Under the pieces are notes generated by a model, which was given only the letters and a program-made list of their open reading frames with translations, was not told the origin of the DNA and did no database searches. Shown here piece after piece: positions 1 through 9,315 of a stretch of 64,000 nucleotides of DNA. Position 1 is the first letter of the stretch. Every line of letters starts with the position of its first letter. Made by a program: the position numbers and the translations under genes. This DNA is from an uncultured Planctomycetota bacterium. GTDB lineage: Bacteria; Planctomycetota; Planctomycetia; Gemmatales; Gemmataceae. Where the stretch lies: contig CAWKHF010000007.1 of assembly GCA_963849325.1 (NCBI GenBank), forward strand, positions 631,108-695,107, written 5' to 3'.

Positions 1-447
1 CTGCCGAACTCGGCCTGCCAGACCGACACGGCCAACGGCACGCCGGCCGGAGTCAAGAGATGTCCGTCGCCGGGACTGCGGTCGGAGCCAAGGACCGAAG
101 GATGCTCTCCCTGCCGCCACTGGATCTGCACCGTCGTCATGGAGGAGGAAGGCATCGCTGGCTGGGCGGACTGGGCCGCACGCATTTCCGCATGGATGGC
201 CTCATTCGCCGGCGAGGGCATCGACGGCTGCGCGTAGTGGGCTGCGGGGGCAACCGGCGGCTGGGCCGACGGCGCTTCCACCAGCGTCAGCGAGGGCATC
301 GTGCGATCCTCCAACACTTCCAAACTCAGCCGCTTCGTCGGCGCGGGGCGGCGACGCTTGGGCGGCGAAGTCCTCTTTTCGGCTTGCCCCTCCGGCAGCC
401 GACGACGCGCATCCCCCTTTTGCCACAGAAAATTCGAAGAGCGACAT
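1..447 (-). CDS. N-terminal part of a planctomycete secreted protein with LEPR-XLL-type leader (runs off window; frameshifted)
   Basis: Minus strand reads MSLFEF, then after a 1-nt shift LWQKGDARRR...KRRRPAPTKRLSLEVLEDRTMPS: basic stretch followed by the LExLEDR motif typical of planctomycete exported proteins. Confidence 0.65.
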
Positions 448-604
448 GGAAGTGACCTCGCTGTCCAAAAGCCGAAAGACACTGGCGACCAAAGGCTACG
501 GGAAGATAGGCGTCTATTCTTCGCCCTCGTCGAGAAGAGTGCAAGCAAATTCTTGCGGTTTGTTAATTTTTGCGAAATGGTAAAATGATGGGGAGCGATT
601 CAAC

Positions 605-1336
605 ATGGCCATGCGAATCCTTCCGGTGCTGGACGTGATGGGCGGCGAGGTAGTGCGCGGCGTGGGCGGACGCCGGCATACCTACCGTCCCATCGTGAGC
701 CGGCTCACCGCATCGAGCCGCCCGGTCGAGGTGGCTCGCTCCCTCCAGGCGCACTTCGGCCGAGACGAATTCTACCTCGCCGACCTCGACGCCCTCTCGG
801 GCGGCGAACCCGCCTGGTCGATCTACGCGGCCTTGCGTGGACAGGGATTTCGCCTGTGGGTGGATGCCGGGGTGCGGCAGGTGACAGATGCCTGTCAACT
901 CGCGGACTTCGGCATCGAGAACATCGTCGTCGGCCTGGAGACCGTGGCCGGGCCGAACGAATTGGCGGTCGTGGTGGGTTCGCTCGGCGAGCGGATCGTG
1001 TTCTCGCTCGATTTGCGGCAGGGGGAGCCGTTGGGAGACCGGGGTGCCTGGGCAGAGCGAGACGCCTGGGGGATCGCGGAGCAGGCGGTACGGCTGGGCG
1101 TCCGCCGTCTGCTGGTGCTCGACCTGGCACGAGTCGGCCTTGACGGCGGCATCGGCACCCGCGAGTTGTGCGAGCGTCTGTGTGCAACGTTTCCGAAGGT
1201 GGAGGTTGCCGCAGGAGGCGGCGTGCGCGGCCGAGAGGATTTGGAGGAGCTGCGCGCCTGCGGTGTGGCAACGGCGCTGGTGGCATCGGCGTTGCACGAT
1301 GGCCGGCTGAGCCGGGCGGACCTCGACGGATTATGA
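605..1336 (+). CDS. HisA/HisF-related TIM barrel protein (Orf17-like of H4MPT C1-transfer clusters)
   Basis: RILPVLDVMGGEVVRG, YLADLDA, WVDAG, VLDLARVG, AGGGVR motifs; adjacent to the mch cluster. Confidence 0.85.
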   Translation: MAMRILPVLDVMGGEVVRGVGGRRHTYRPIVSRLTASSRPVEVARSLQAHFGRDEFYLADLDALSGGEPAWSIYAALRGQGFRLWVDAGVRQVTDACQLADFGIENIVVGLETVAGPNELAVVVGSLGERIVFSLDLRQGEPLGDRGAWAERDAWGIAEQAVRLGVRRLLVLDLARVGLDGGIGTRELCERLCATFPKVEVAAGGGVRGREDLEELRACGVATALVASALHDGRLSRADLDGL

Positions 1337-1822
1337 CGGCCGCCATTCACAGGTGGCCGACTGGCCGACGTTCTCCTCGACCTCGACGCGCAGCACGGCC
1401 GGCCGATAATTGTGCTGGCGCTGCAAATCCTCAATCAGCCGCTGGGCGATGTAGCGAGCCAGCAACTCCGCCGTGGTGTTCTCGATGGGCAGGAGCACGC
1501 AATCCTCGCGGGGGAATAGCCATTCGCGCTCGCGGTAGCGGACGTGGATGCCGCGCGGCCCCGGTTCGACCTGGATGTGGGGATTGTTCGTCGCCAGCAT
1601 CATGCGGTGGTCCAGTTCGTCCGTGATGGCCTTGGTGCGGTGCTTCAGGGCGATGAAATCGAAGACGTAGTGGTTCTCATCCAGCTCGCCCTCGATCTCA
1701 ACGGCGGCGCGGTAATTGTGCCCGTGCAGGCGCTCGCACTTATCGCCCTCGTAGCTGATGAAGTGCCCGCTGCAAAAGACGAGATGGTCCTTGGTGACAC
1801 GGACCTTGAAGCGCTCAGCCAT
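1331..1822 (-). CDS. 6-pyruvoyl-tetrahydropterin synthase (QueD/PTPS) family protein
   Basis: FCSGHFI, CERLHGHNY, LDHR, NTTAELLA, VEVEE motifs. Confidence 0.9.
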   Translation of the reverse strand: MAERFKVRVTKDHLVFCSGHFISYEGDKCERLHGHNYRAAVEIEGELDENHYVFDFIALKHRTKAITDELDHRMMLATNNPHIQVEPGPRGIHVRYREREWLFPREDCVLLPIENTTAELLARYIAQRLIEDLQRQHNYRPAVLRVEVEENVGQSATCEWRPS

Positions 1823-2106
1823 GCGGCAATTCCGAGGCGACCGAAGGCGTTCGAGGGTGGTCTCTTTCGCTCACGCACGACCCCGCGGCGCGATTGTTTG
1901 CCGGGGCCACATTCATTCTATGCACGGCCCGATGGCCTCTCAACGTCCGCCACGGAATCGCCACGCTTCGGGCCGCGTTTTCACCGGAGGGAACCGAGGG
2001 AAGCATGGACTGGAGCGCGGGTACTCTCCTATATTGTCGATGTCCAGAGGGAGTTTGCCGTCGGTTCCTTTATCTTCGATCATTCCGATCGCGGACCTGG
2101 TGAAAC

Positions 2107-2784
2107 ATGCTCGACAGACGGGACATCTTTCACTGGGATACCGTGAACTGGTCCATTTGTCTTCCCCTGTGGGAGCCGGAGGTTTCGGCCGGACCCTGCG
2201 ATTGCCTGGAGATCGGTTCCGGCCCTGGCGGGCTGTCTCTCTGGCTCGCAGCCAAGGGCCACAACGTCATTTGCTCGGATCGCAGCCCGCCCGGCCCCGC
2301 AGTGCGCGAGCTGCACCATCGTCACGGTGTCGCGCAACGGATTCAGTACGAAACGATCGACGCGAACGAGATTCCCTACTCGGATCGATTCGACGTCATC
2401 ATCTTCAAGTCCGTGCTGGGCAGTATCTGGGCCAATGGCGGGCCGGAGGGACTGCGGCGACCCCTTCGCCAGATACACAAGGCGTTGAAAGCGAAGGGGA
2501 GGCTTCTCTTCGCCGAGAACTTACGAGCGACGGCCCTGCACATGTACTGTCGCAAGCGGTTCCTGAATCGGACGGAGGCGTCCTGGCGCTACCCACGCAT
2601 CCACGACGTCCTTTCCGCGCTCGGCGAGGACTGGGCCAACGTCCGCTATCGGACCACGGGATTCCTCGGCACCTTCGGACGCAGTGAGCGTCAGCGCTCG
2701 GCGCTGGGCTACATCGATAAGGTGATAACGCCCTGCCTACCCCGGAGTTGGCACTACGTCATGGCCGGTGTGGCCATCAAGTAG
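2107..2784 (+). CDS. Class I SAM-dependent methyltransferase
   Basis: LEIGSGPGGLS motif I; FDVIIFKSVLG; LKAKGRLLFAEN. Confidence 0.85.
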   Translation: MLDRRDIFHWDTVNWSICLPLWEPEVSAGPCDCLEIGSGPGGLSLWLAAKGHNVICSDRSPPGPAVRELHHRHGVAQRIQYETIDANEIPYSDRFDVIIFKSVLGSIWANGGPEGLRRPLRQIHKALKAKGRLLFAENLRATALHMYCRKRFLNRTEASWRYPRIHDVLSALGEDWANVRYRTTGFLGTFGRSERQRSALGYIDKVITPCLPRSWHYVMAGVAIK

Positions 2785-3656
2785 GGTTCGCGTCGTCGAA
2801 GGCTGCGGGCCAGGGATGACAGGCCGGCAACGGGACCATGCCGGATCGCAGCGCGACGAACAGGGACGCGGTAAGGAGGTCCGCGGTGGCGCCGGGATTA
2901 CGCGGGTGCCCCTCCGTTCGCAGCCAGGCGTCGAACTCGGTCAGCGCCGTCCAGCCGGTGCGTTGTCGCGGCCAACCTCCAGCGAGTACGTCGCCGGCCC
3001 GCCGGGCAGCTTCCTCCGCCTCGTCCCGGCCGCGCTTGCGGGCGATGAGCGTGTCGGGATGCCGCGCCAGTCAGCGCAGATGCGCGAAAAGGATCGCCCC
3101 CTCCAGCGAGCCGGTCGATTGCAGTCCCGCCGACAGGGATGGCACGCCATCGTCGAACACCTCGGCGAAGCCGTTGGCGTACTGGCGGGCGACGAGATCG
3201 CGGTCGGCCGCCAGAGCCATGACCTGTCGCAGCGTCTGCGTTGGCTCGGTGTACACGTCTTGCTCGGAGGCGCGGCCCAGGCCGCCGGGCGCGGCCAGGC
3301 GGATCGCTTCGTAAACCAGCCGCGAGTCCTCAACGTCCAGACCGGCGAGGACGCGCTCGACGCCGCCGCGCAGCTCTTCCTCGGCCGGCACAGCCGCCAG
3401 TGGCGTCAGCAACAGCACGATGCCGAGGTTGGTGTTCGTGCGGACGACGCGGCGGGTGGCACGCACCGCCTCCAGAACGGTGATGCCGACGCGACGCTGA
3501 CAAGCCATTGTCATCCACGGCGCGATGGCGGCGGCGCTGAGCAAGAAGTCGGTATAGTCGGCGTCGGCGAAGTCGCGGTAGCGATGGACGTTGCCCGGCT
3601 TGCGGGCCGTCGCTTCCCAGATGCAGGCGATTTGCGCACAATCCGGCGTCGAGCAT
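2777..3656 (-). CDS. Triphosphoribosyl-dephospho-CoA synthase CitG-like (Orf7); two apparent frameshifts
   Basis: EATARKPGNVH, TNTNLGIVLL, DTLIARKRG and RNPGATADL motifs reconstructed across frames. Confidence 0.85.
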
Positions 3657-3661
3657 CGGCG

Positions 3662-4525
3662 TCACCTCGCGCGGTAGTCGTGGACCACAAAGTCGAGCAG
3701 GGCGGCGGCCACGTCCACGCCCGTCACCGGAGCCAGGGCGCGCCAGCCGGGCACGGCGTTGACCTCGAGGACGTACCACTCGCCTTGCGGCCCCGGCAGC
3801 AGATCGACGCCGGCCACGACAGCGCCTACCGCGGCGGCGGCCTGCAGCGCCAGGCGCTCCTCCTCCGCGCCGGGCCGCACCACCTCCCCACTGCCGCCCT
3901 GGGCCACGTTGGTGCGCCAGTCGCCGTTACTGTACCGCCGCATCGCGGTCAGCACTCGGCCGCCCAGGACGAACACGCGCAGGTCCCAGCCGGGATGACG
4001 GATGAACTGTTGCAGGTATAGAACGCTTTGCGTTCGCTCCAGGGTGCGGAAGGTGCGCCAGGCCAGTTCGGGGTCGCGAGACGCGCATCATGCCGCGGCC
4101 CTCGGAGCCGAACAGCGGCTTGACGACCACGTCGCCGCCCAGCGCCTGGAACGCCTCCAGGGCGGCGTCGGCGTGCTGGCACACCACCGTCGGCGGCACG
4201 CGCAGTCCCGCCGCTTCGAGGTAGGCCGTGGCCAGGTACTTATCGACGCAAGTTTCGAGGACGCGCGGCGGATTGAGCACCGCCACCCCGCGCGCCTGCG
4301 CCGGTGCAGCAGGTCCATGCGGAAGACGACTTGCTCCAGCGAGCCGGGCGGCATGGTGCGGACGAGGACGGCGTCGAAGCCGGCCAGCGCGTCGGGAGCG
4401 TGGGCCACGCCGGCGGACAGGCGGCGGAAATCGACGGTGCTGGCCTCATGACCGCGCTGCCCCGCGGCGCGGCGAAGGTCGCGGACGTGCCAGCCATCGC
4501 CGGCCGAAAGGAGAGCTAGGCGCAT
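3662..4525 (-). CDS. RimK-family ATP-grasp ligase (Orf5-like); two apparent frameshifts
   Basis: VRTMPPGSLEQVVFRMD, VVKPLFGSEGRG, WRTNVAQGG, GVDLL, LEVNAVPGW. Confidence 0.9.
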
Positions 4526-4644
4526 GCAGAACTTCGATCACGTCATGGTAGCGCGGAAGTCATCCTCTAACTCCGCTAGCCGTTTCCACTCCGCAATAAT
4601 AGCCAGAAGGTCGTCGCCACGCATTAGACGAAGTTCGCAAACCT

Positions 4645-4704
4645 GAGCGGGGGGCGTTAGCCCCCTGAGCGCTGCATCTCTCAGGGGGCTGACGCCCCCC
4701 ACTC
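4645..4704. repeat. REP-like palindromic doublet
   Basis: gagcggggggcgttagccccctga...tcagggggctgacgccccccactc inverted arms. Confidence 0.75.
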
Positions 4705-4791
4705 TGAGGTATTGAAATCACGTCGAAACGGAATCCACACCAAAAGCTCGCGCCGTCTGCCTAGCTGGTCGAACATGCCCATGACACGCCC

Positions 4792-5754
4792 TCACGAGCC
4801 GGAGAAGAACGAGCGGCGCAGCACGTCCGGGTCAGTGTGGCCGAAGGTGTGGCTGCGGCCGCTGCGTAGGTTCTGGAAGGTGATCGACGCCGGACTGAAT
4901 AAGAAGGGATCGATTTTATAGAAATCCTGTTCGTAGCGGGCGAAAATATCGGCGAACGGCGCGCCGTAATCGGGCGAGGCGGACGACGGCACTTTCGGTC
5001 CGATCTCGGCGAGCTGTTCGTCGTCGGCTTTGACCCACAGCACCACTTGGCCGCCGTAGAGGATGGCGTCGTTGGTGCGGCCGATGGCGCCGAGGAAGTC
5101 GGAGGCGACCGGCGGCAGCGGCGCGGTGCCGTAACCGGAGACGACCTGGCCGAGATCGAATTTCAGTTCGTACAGCTTGTGCAGGGCGGTCTCCAGCGAC
5201 CGCGCCACCACCTGCACGTTGCCGGCCTGGCTCGACGCGGGTGCGGCCAGCAGCGTCAACTTCGCCGGCGGCAGATTCAGGCGCTCGGCGAGATAGGCCG
5301 TCACCTCGTCGCCGGGCAGCTTATGCGTCTCCAGCACGCCGACGGCGGCGCCGGCCTGCTCGCGGCCGGGGATGTGCTCGAAAAGCTCTTCCTTGCCGTA
5401 CACGGCCCGCATGGGACCGGAACCCATGGCGAAGAACTTGCCGACCGACACCTGCCAGCCGGCGTACTGCGATGCCATGCACGCCAGCACCGGATGGTCG
5501 GTGTACACCTGCACGAGCGGGCAGGGCAGGTCGGCGAAAGGTCCGGGCGTCAGGGCGACCTCGGCCTGTCCGGCCAGGCAGACGCGAGCCAGGGCCAGTC
5601 CGGCCTGCAAGCCGCCCTCCACGGCGACTCCGCAGTCGAGGAGGCGAGCGCCGTTGGGCGTCTGATGGACGGCGATGCGCAGCGCCGCGGCGGTGGCGGC
5701 CATGTGATCGGCCAGACGCAAGGCTCGTTCGTTGAGGGTCGATGGGAGGGTCAC
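4792..5754 (-). CDS. mch: Methenyltetrahydromethanopterin cyclohydrolase
   Basis: ACMASQYAGW, MGSGPMRA, QVVARSLETALHK, GRTNDAILYGG, FYKIDPFLFSPA. Confidence 0.97.
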   Translation of the reverse strand: MTLPSTLNERALRLADHMAATAAALRIAVHQTPNGARLLDCGVAVEGGLQAGLALARVCLAGQAEVALTPGPFADLPCPLVQVYTDHPVLACMASQYAGWQVSVGKFFAMGSGPMRAVYGKEELFEHIPGREQAGAAVGVLETHKLPGDEVTAYLAERLNLPPAKLTLLAAPASSQAGNVQVVARSLETALHKLYELKFDLGQVVSGYGTAPLPPVASDFLGAIGRTNDAILYGGQVVLWVKADDEQLAEIGPKVPSSASPDYGAPFADIFARYEQDFYKIDPFLFSPASITFQNLRSGRSHTFGHTDPDVLRRSFFSGS

Positions 5755-5799
5755 GACAAGTTCTCCGGGGAAGGTGGAAGCAGCGCGTTGGAGATGGTT

Positions 5800-6948
5800 C
5801 TATCGCCGGAAAAGCCAGCGGTCGAGGTCGGCGGCGATCCGCCGCAGTGCGTCCTCGCAGGCCGACGGAGACCCGGCGCGAGCGAAGAAGGTCAGGATGG
5901 GGTGCCCCGCCTCGATGCGCTCGCCGGCGGCGGGGATGTCCGCGAAGGCGGGCAGCTCCTGCACCGGCCTGGGAGAGTGCAGCTCCGTCAGCCACGGGCC
6001 GTCTGCCGGGAACAGCAGATCCTCCCGAGCGAAGAGGATCGCCTTGCCGATGCAGCGATCAGCCGGCACGACGGGCGCGGACAGGTGAGGGAGTCGGCCG
6101 TGTGTAAAGACGTGGGCATGGCAGGCCAGGGCCGACACGCCGCCGGCATACTCCAGCACCTCGACGGAAGCGGTGTAACGCGGGTTGATCTCCACCGGCC
6201 AGAAGACACCGTCCCGCATGACGCCATCGACGCCGAACAGGCCATCGAGCAAGCATTCGGAAGCGAGCAAGTGCCCCAGTGCGTCCAGGGCGGGACGCTC
6301 GATCAAGCCGGGGTCCACCGGGCCGATGCTGCCACAGTAGCGGAACGGCGCGGCGTGCAAGAAGGGAACGCCGACGAGCTGCCGGGTCAGACCGAGCAGA
6401 CGCGCTTGCTTCCCAGCGCCCAGGAACACCAGGGCCATCGGTTGTCCGTCGATGAATTCCTGGAGATAAGTGGCGCGCTTGTCCGCTCCTGCATCTGCTG
6501 CCATCCCGAACCGAATCCCCCCTCCGCCGGCGCCGCGGCGTGGCTTGATGAGCCAGCGTTTCGTCTCCGACGGTCGCGTTCCCGGATGACACACGGCCGG
6601 CGCGGGCATTCCGGCGGCTTGCAAGCATCTGCTGACATGCTCTGGATTGCGGGACAGGGATAGAGCTTTCGCGCCGTTGCCCCACAGAGACCGCCGACGA
6701 GCGAATTGTTCTACGAGTTGCGGCCAGTTTTCCAGACCGCCGGTATACATCCACGGTCCCGGAAGTTCGCTGTCGATGAACGGCCCGAAACCGCCGGGAT
6801 AGCGCCCCGTCAAGCGCGTGACGACGCAGCGGTGTCGCAAGTCCACATCGGCGAACAGATCAGCGCACCACGGATGCAACCCGGCCCGTAGGGCCGAGAA
6901 CGCCGCCGCACGGGCGCTGGCTCCGAAGATCAGCAGTTGTTCGGTCAT
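5800..6948 (-). CDS. ATP-grasp domain protein (OrfY-like of H4MPT cluster)
   Basis: GASARAAAFSA, ADLFAD, KPRRGAGGGGI, LQEFIDG, GLFGVD, EINPRYTAS; start placed at MTEQ. Confidence 0.85.
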   Translation of the reverse strand: MTEQLLIFGASARAAAFSALRAGLHPWCADLFADVDLRHRCVVTRLTGRYPGGFGPFIDSELPGPWMYTGGLENWPQLVEQFARRRSLWGNGAKALSLSRNPEHVSRCLQAAGMPAPAVCHPGTRPSETKRWLIKPRRGAGGGGIRFGMAADAGADKRATYLQEFIDGQPMALVFLGAGKQARLLGLTRQLVGVPFLHAAPFRYCGSIGPVDPGLIERPALDALGHLLASECLLDGLFGVDGVMRDGVFWPVEINPRYTASVEVLEYAGGVSALACHAHVFTHGRLPHLSAPVVPADRCIGKAILFAREDLLFPADGPWLTELHSPRPVQELPAFADIPAAGERIEAGHPILTFFARAGSPSACEDALRRIAADLDRWLFRR

Positions 6949-7114
6949 GAATCGTCCAGGCGTTGGCTTGTCGGTTTTCTCTCCGGTCGGATTGACGTTG
7001 CGGACTCTGGGGAACCGATGACACGAAGAGGAGGAATGCCCTTGTCGGCTATCTGGACTTGGGTATACTATTCTCTCGTTCAGTATCCGGGTCATTCTAT
7101 TTCGAGAGGTCTAT

Positions 7115-8017
7115 ATGGCGCGTGCGCTGAAGGGCCGAACGAGCAAGAAACCCCCTCCTCCTATTTCCACCTTACGGCGGAAGAAGCTCCTTCTCTTCGG
7201 GTGGTACGGAGGCAAGTTTTCTCATCTGGACTGGCTGCTGCCGCTTCTGCCCCAATGCCATCATTACTGTGAACCATTCGCTGGCTCCGCCGCCATCCTG
7301 CTCAACCGTGCGCCGTCTCCTGTCGAGACGTACAACGATCTGGATGGCGAAGTCGTCAATTTCTTCCGCATCTGCCGCGATCAAGGCGAGGAGCTTACGA
7401 GAGCGATTGCCCTAACGCCGTTTTCCCGCGAGGAATTCGCCCTCGCCTGTCTTCTCGACCCTGCGGTTTCTTCACTGGAACGCGCGCGGCGGTTCTATGT
7501 CCGCGCCCGACAAGTGCGGACAGGTCTGGCGCAAACTGCGACGCTCGGACGTTGGGGGAACTGCAAAAATACCAGCCGAGCCGGTATGAGCGGCATCATT
7601 AGCCGATTTCTAGGCGGTGTCGAGATGCTGCCGGAAATCGCCGAGCGGTTGCTGCGTGTTCAGATTGAGAACCGGCCCGCCTGCGATGTGATCCGCTTAT
7701 ACGATTCTCCCCAGACGCTGTTTTATTGCGATCCTCCTTACGTCCATGAAACGCGCGGAGACGCCAAAGCCTACAAATACGAAATGAGCGACCAGCAGCA
7801 CGCCGAACTGGCCGCCATACTCAACGCGGTCAAGGGGAAGGCAGCTGTCTCGAATTACGACTGCGCACTGATGGATGACCTGTATCCTGCCTCAAAATGG
7901 AGGAAATTCATCAGCGGTCCACGCACGAACCACGCGACCAAAGGGCAGCGCGTCGAAGTTTTGTGGACGAACTACGACCTTGCGGAGCGAGACAAGAGCG
8001 GGTTGCTATTCCCATGA
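7115..8017 (+). CDS. D12-class N6-adenine DNA methyltransferase (Dam-like)
   Basis: WYGGK, EPFAGSA (motif I), YNDLD, YCDPPY (motif IV). Confidence 0.95.
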   Translation: MARALKGRTSKKPPPPISTLRRKKLLLFGWYGGKFSHLDWLLPLLPQCHHYCEPFAGSAAILLNRAPSPVETYNDLDGEVVNFFRICRDQGEELTRAIALTPFSREEFALACLLDPAVSSLERARRFYVRARQVRTGLAQTATLGRWGNCKNTSRAGMSGIISRFLGGVEMLPEIAERLLRVQIENRPACDVIRLYDSPQTLFYCDPPYVHETRGDAKAYKYEMSDQQHAELAAILNAVKGKAAVSNYDCALMDDLYPASKWRKFISGPRTNHATKGQRVEVLWTNYDLAERDKSGLLFP

Positions 8018-9062
8018 ATTCCACAACGTGGCGGCTTGCTTGCCCGTCGCAGGCCGCTTCATCTGATCTCGCAAAATCATTAGGGTCGTTGCTCCAAACT
8101 CAGACCGACGGAGCGGGTTCAACAACATCGCCCATGAGGGAGCGACGGTGTGGATGTCGATCAGCAGCACGTCCATTTCCTCCCCGGCCGTCTCGACAGC
8201 CCCAATAATTTCCCTTGTCCGTCCCGCCGCCAACCCCGCGGCATGGACGAAGCCATATTCCGGGATGCCGTGTTCCTTCGCTTTCTTGATGCCGTGACGG
8301 ATGTCGTCCAGCGTTAGCGGGCGGTGCTTACACTCGTAGACACTCACCAAGGCTTCTCCTGAACGCACCTCGATATCGCCTACCGTCTTGGCGAATTTGT
8401 CCGAATACGTTGGCGGGTAAATTTTGACGGAACCCTTCGGGTTAAGCAGTGTGAGGAAGGTGCCGACGACCGACACAAGGCGAGAACCCCCATTCGTATC
8501 TTCCAGAAAAGTCCGCACGAAGTTTACCACATGGAGATAATTACTCTGTATATGGGCGGATGCGGCGACTGGGTCCGTCATCTGATCGCGTGCGATCCGC
8601 AAGGCCGACACGAGCATTGCCTCGACTTGGGAAGAACGAGCCGCATGAGCCGCTTCCAAAAGGTCATGAGTCAAGCCGGCCAAGCGTTTGTTCTTCAGTT
8701 GGGGATTGTCCTTGTCGTGCTCGGGGTGTCGAGCGGGTTTGTTCAGGAACGGCTCGTTCGACAGCCCGAACAGGTTGCCCTTGGTTTTCTCGAAGGAAAC
8801 AACGACACGGTGACACAGGCTACGCGCATCGTAGGCGCCCGGCAAGGCACTCCGTGCTTGCAAGGCACGAGGATGAGTCTGAGGGTTCGTGAGCTTGCCG
8901 AGCAAGCCAGTTATCAAGATATATTTATAAGTAACATCCTTGGCGGTCAGGATTTCTTGAATGGCGGTCAACTCCATCGCCGGCGCTGATGGCGGCGTCG
9001 ATCTGATCCCAGGCCGTTCCGAGGAGTTTCCGTGCTTGTTCCAGATCCATTGCAAGGGCCAT
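8006..9062 (-). CDS. SacI-family type II restriction endonuclease; probable frameshift near 8970
   Basis: GAYDARSLCHRVVV, SNEPFLNKPAR, PD-(D/E)xK-like GDIEV...ECK; likely N-terminus MALAMDLEQARKLLGTAW lies in another frame; convergent with the MTase. Confidence 0.75.
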
Positions 9063-9315
9063 CTTGGAACCTTTACAACTTGTCCTTCCAGTCCAGCCGG
9101 TTCGCGCCGCACGCCTGAATAATCATCTCGATACTCTGATCGAGAGACGATAACACCCTGTTGGGGATGAATCAAGTTACCCGATCGGCTTTCACCGGAC
9201 GCAAAACAGCAAACGGCTGCCCGATGAGTCCTTCATGGCCCGCGTCGCTCGACTTAACTCCACAGGATGATTAGACTGACCCGCGGACGCTTCCACGAAC
9301 CACAGGGCGAGCACC

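Noticed and set aside
1331-1822. QueD plus the QueC fragment as a dpd-type DNA deazaguanine modification cluster
   Set aside because: The two are 18 kb apart in different contexts, and no dpdA/tgt, queE or folE is in the window.
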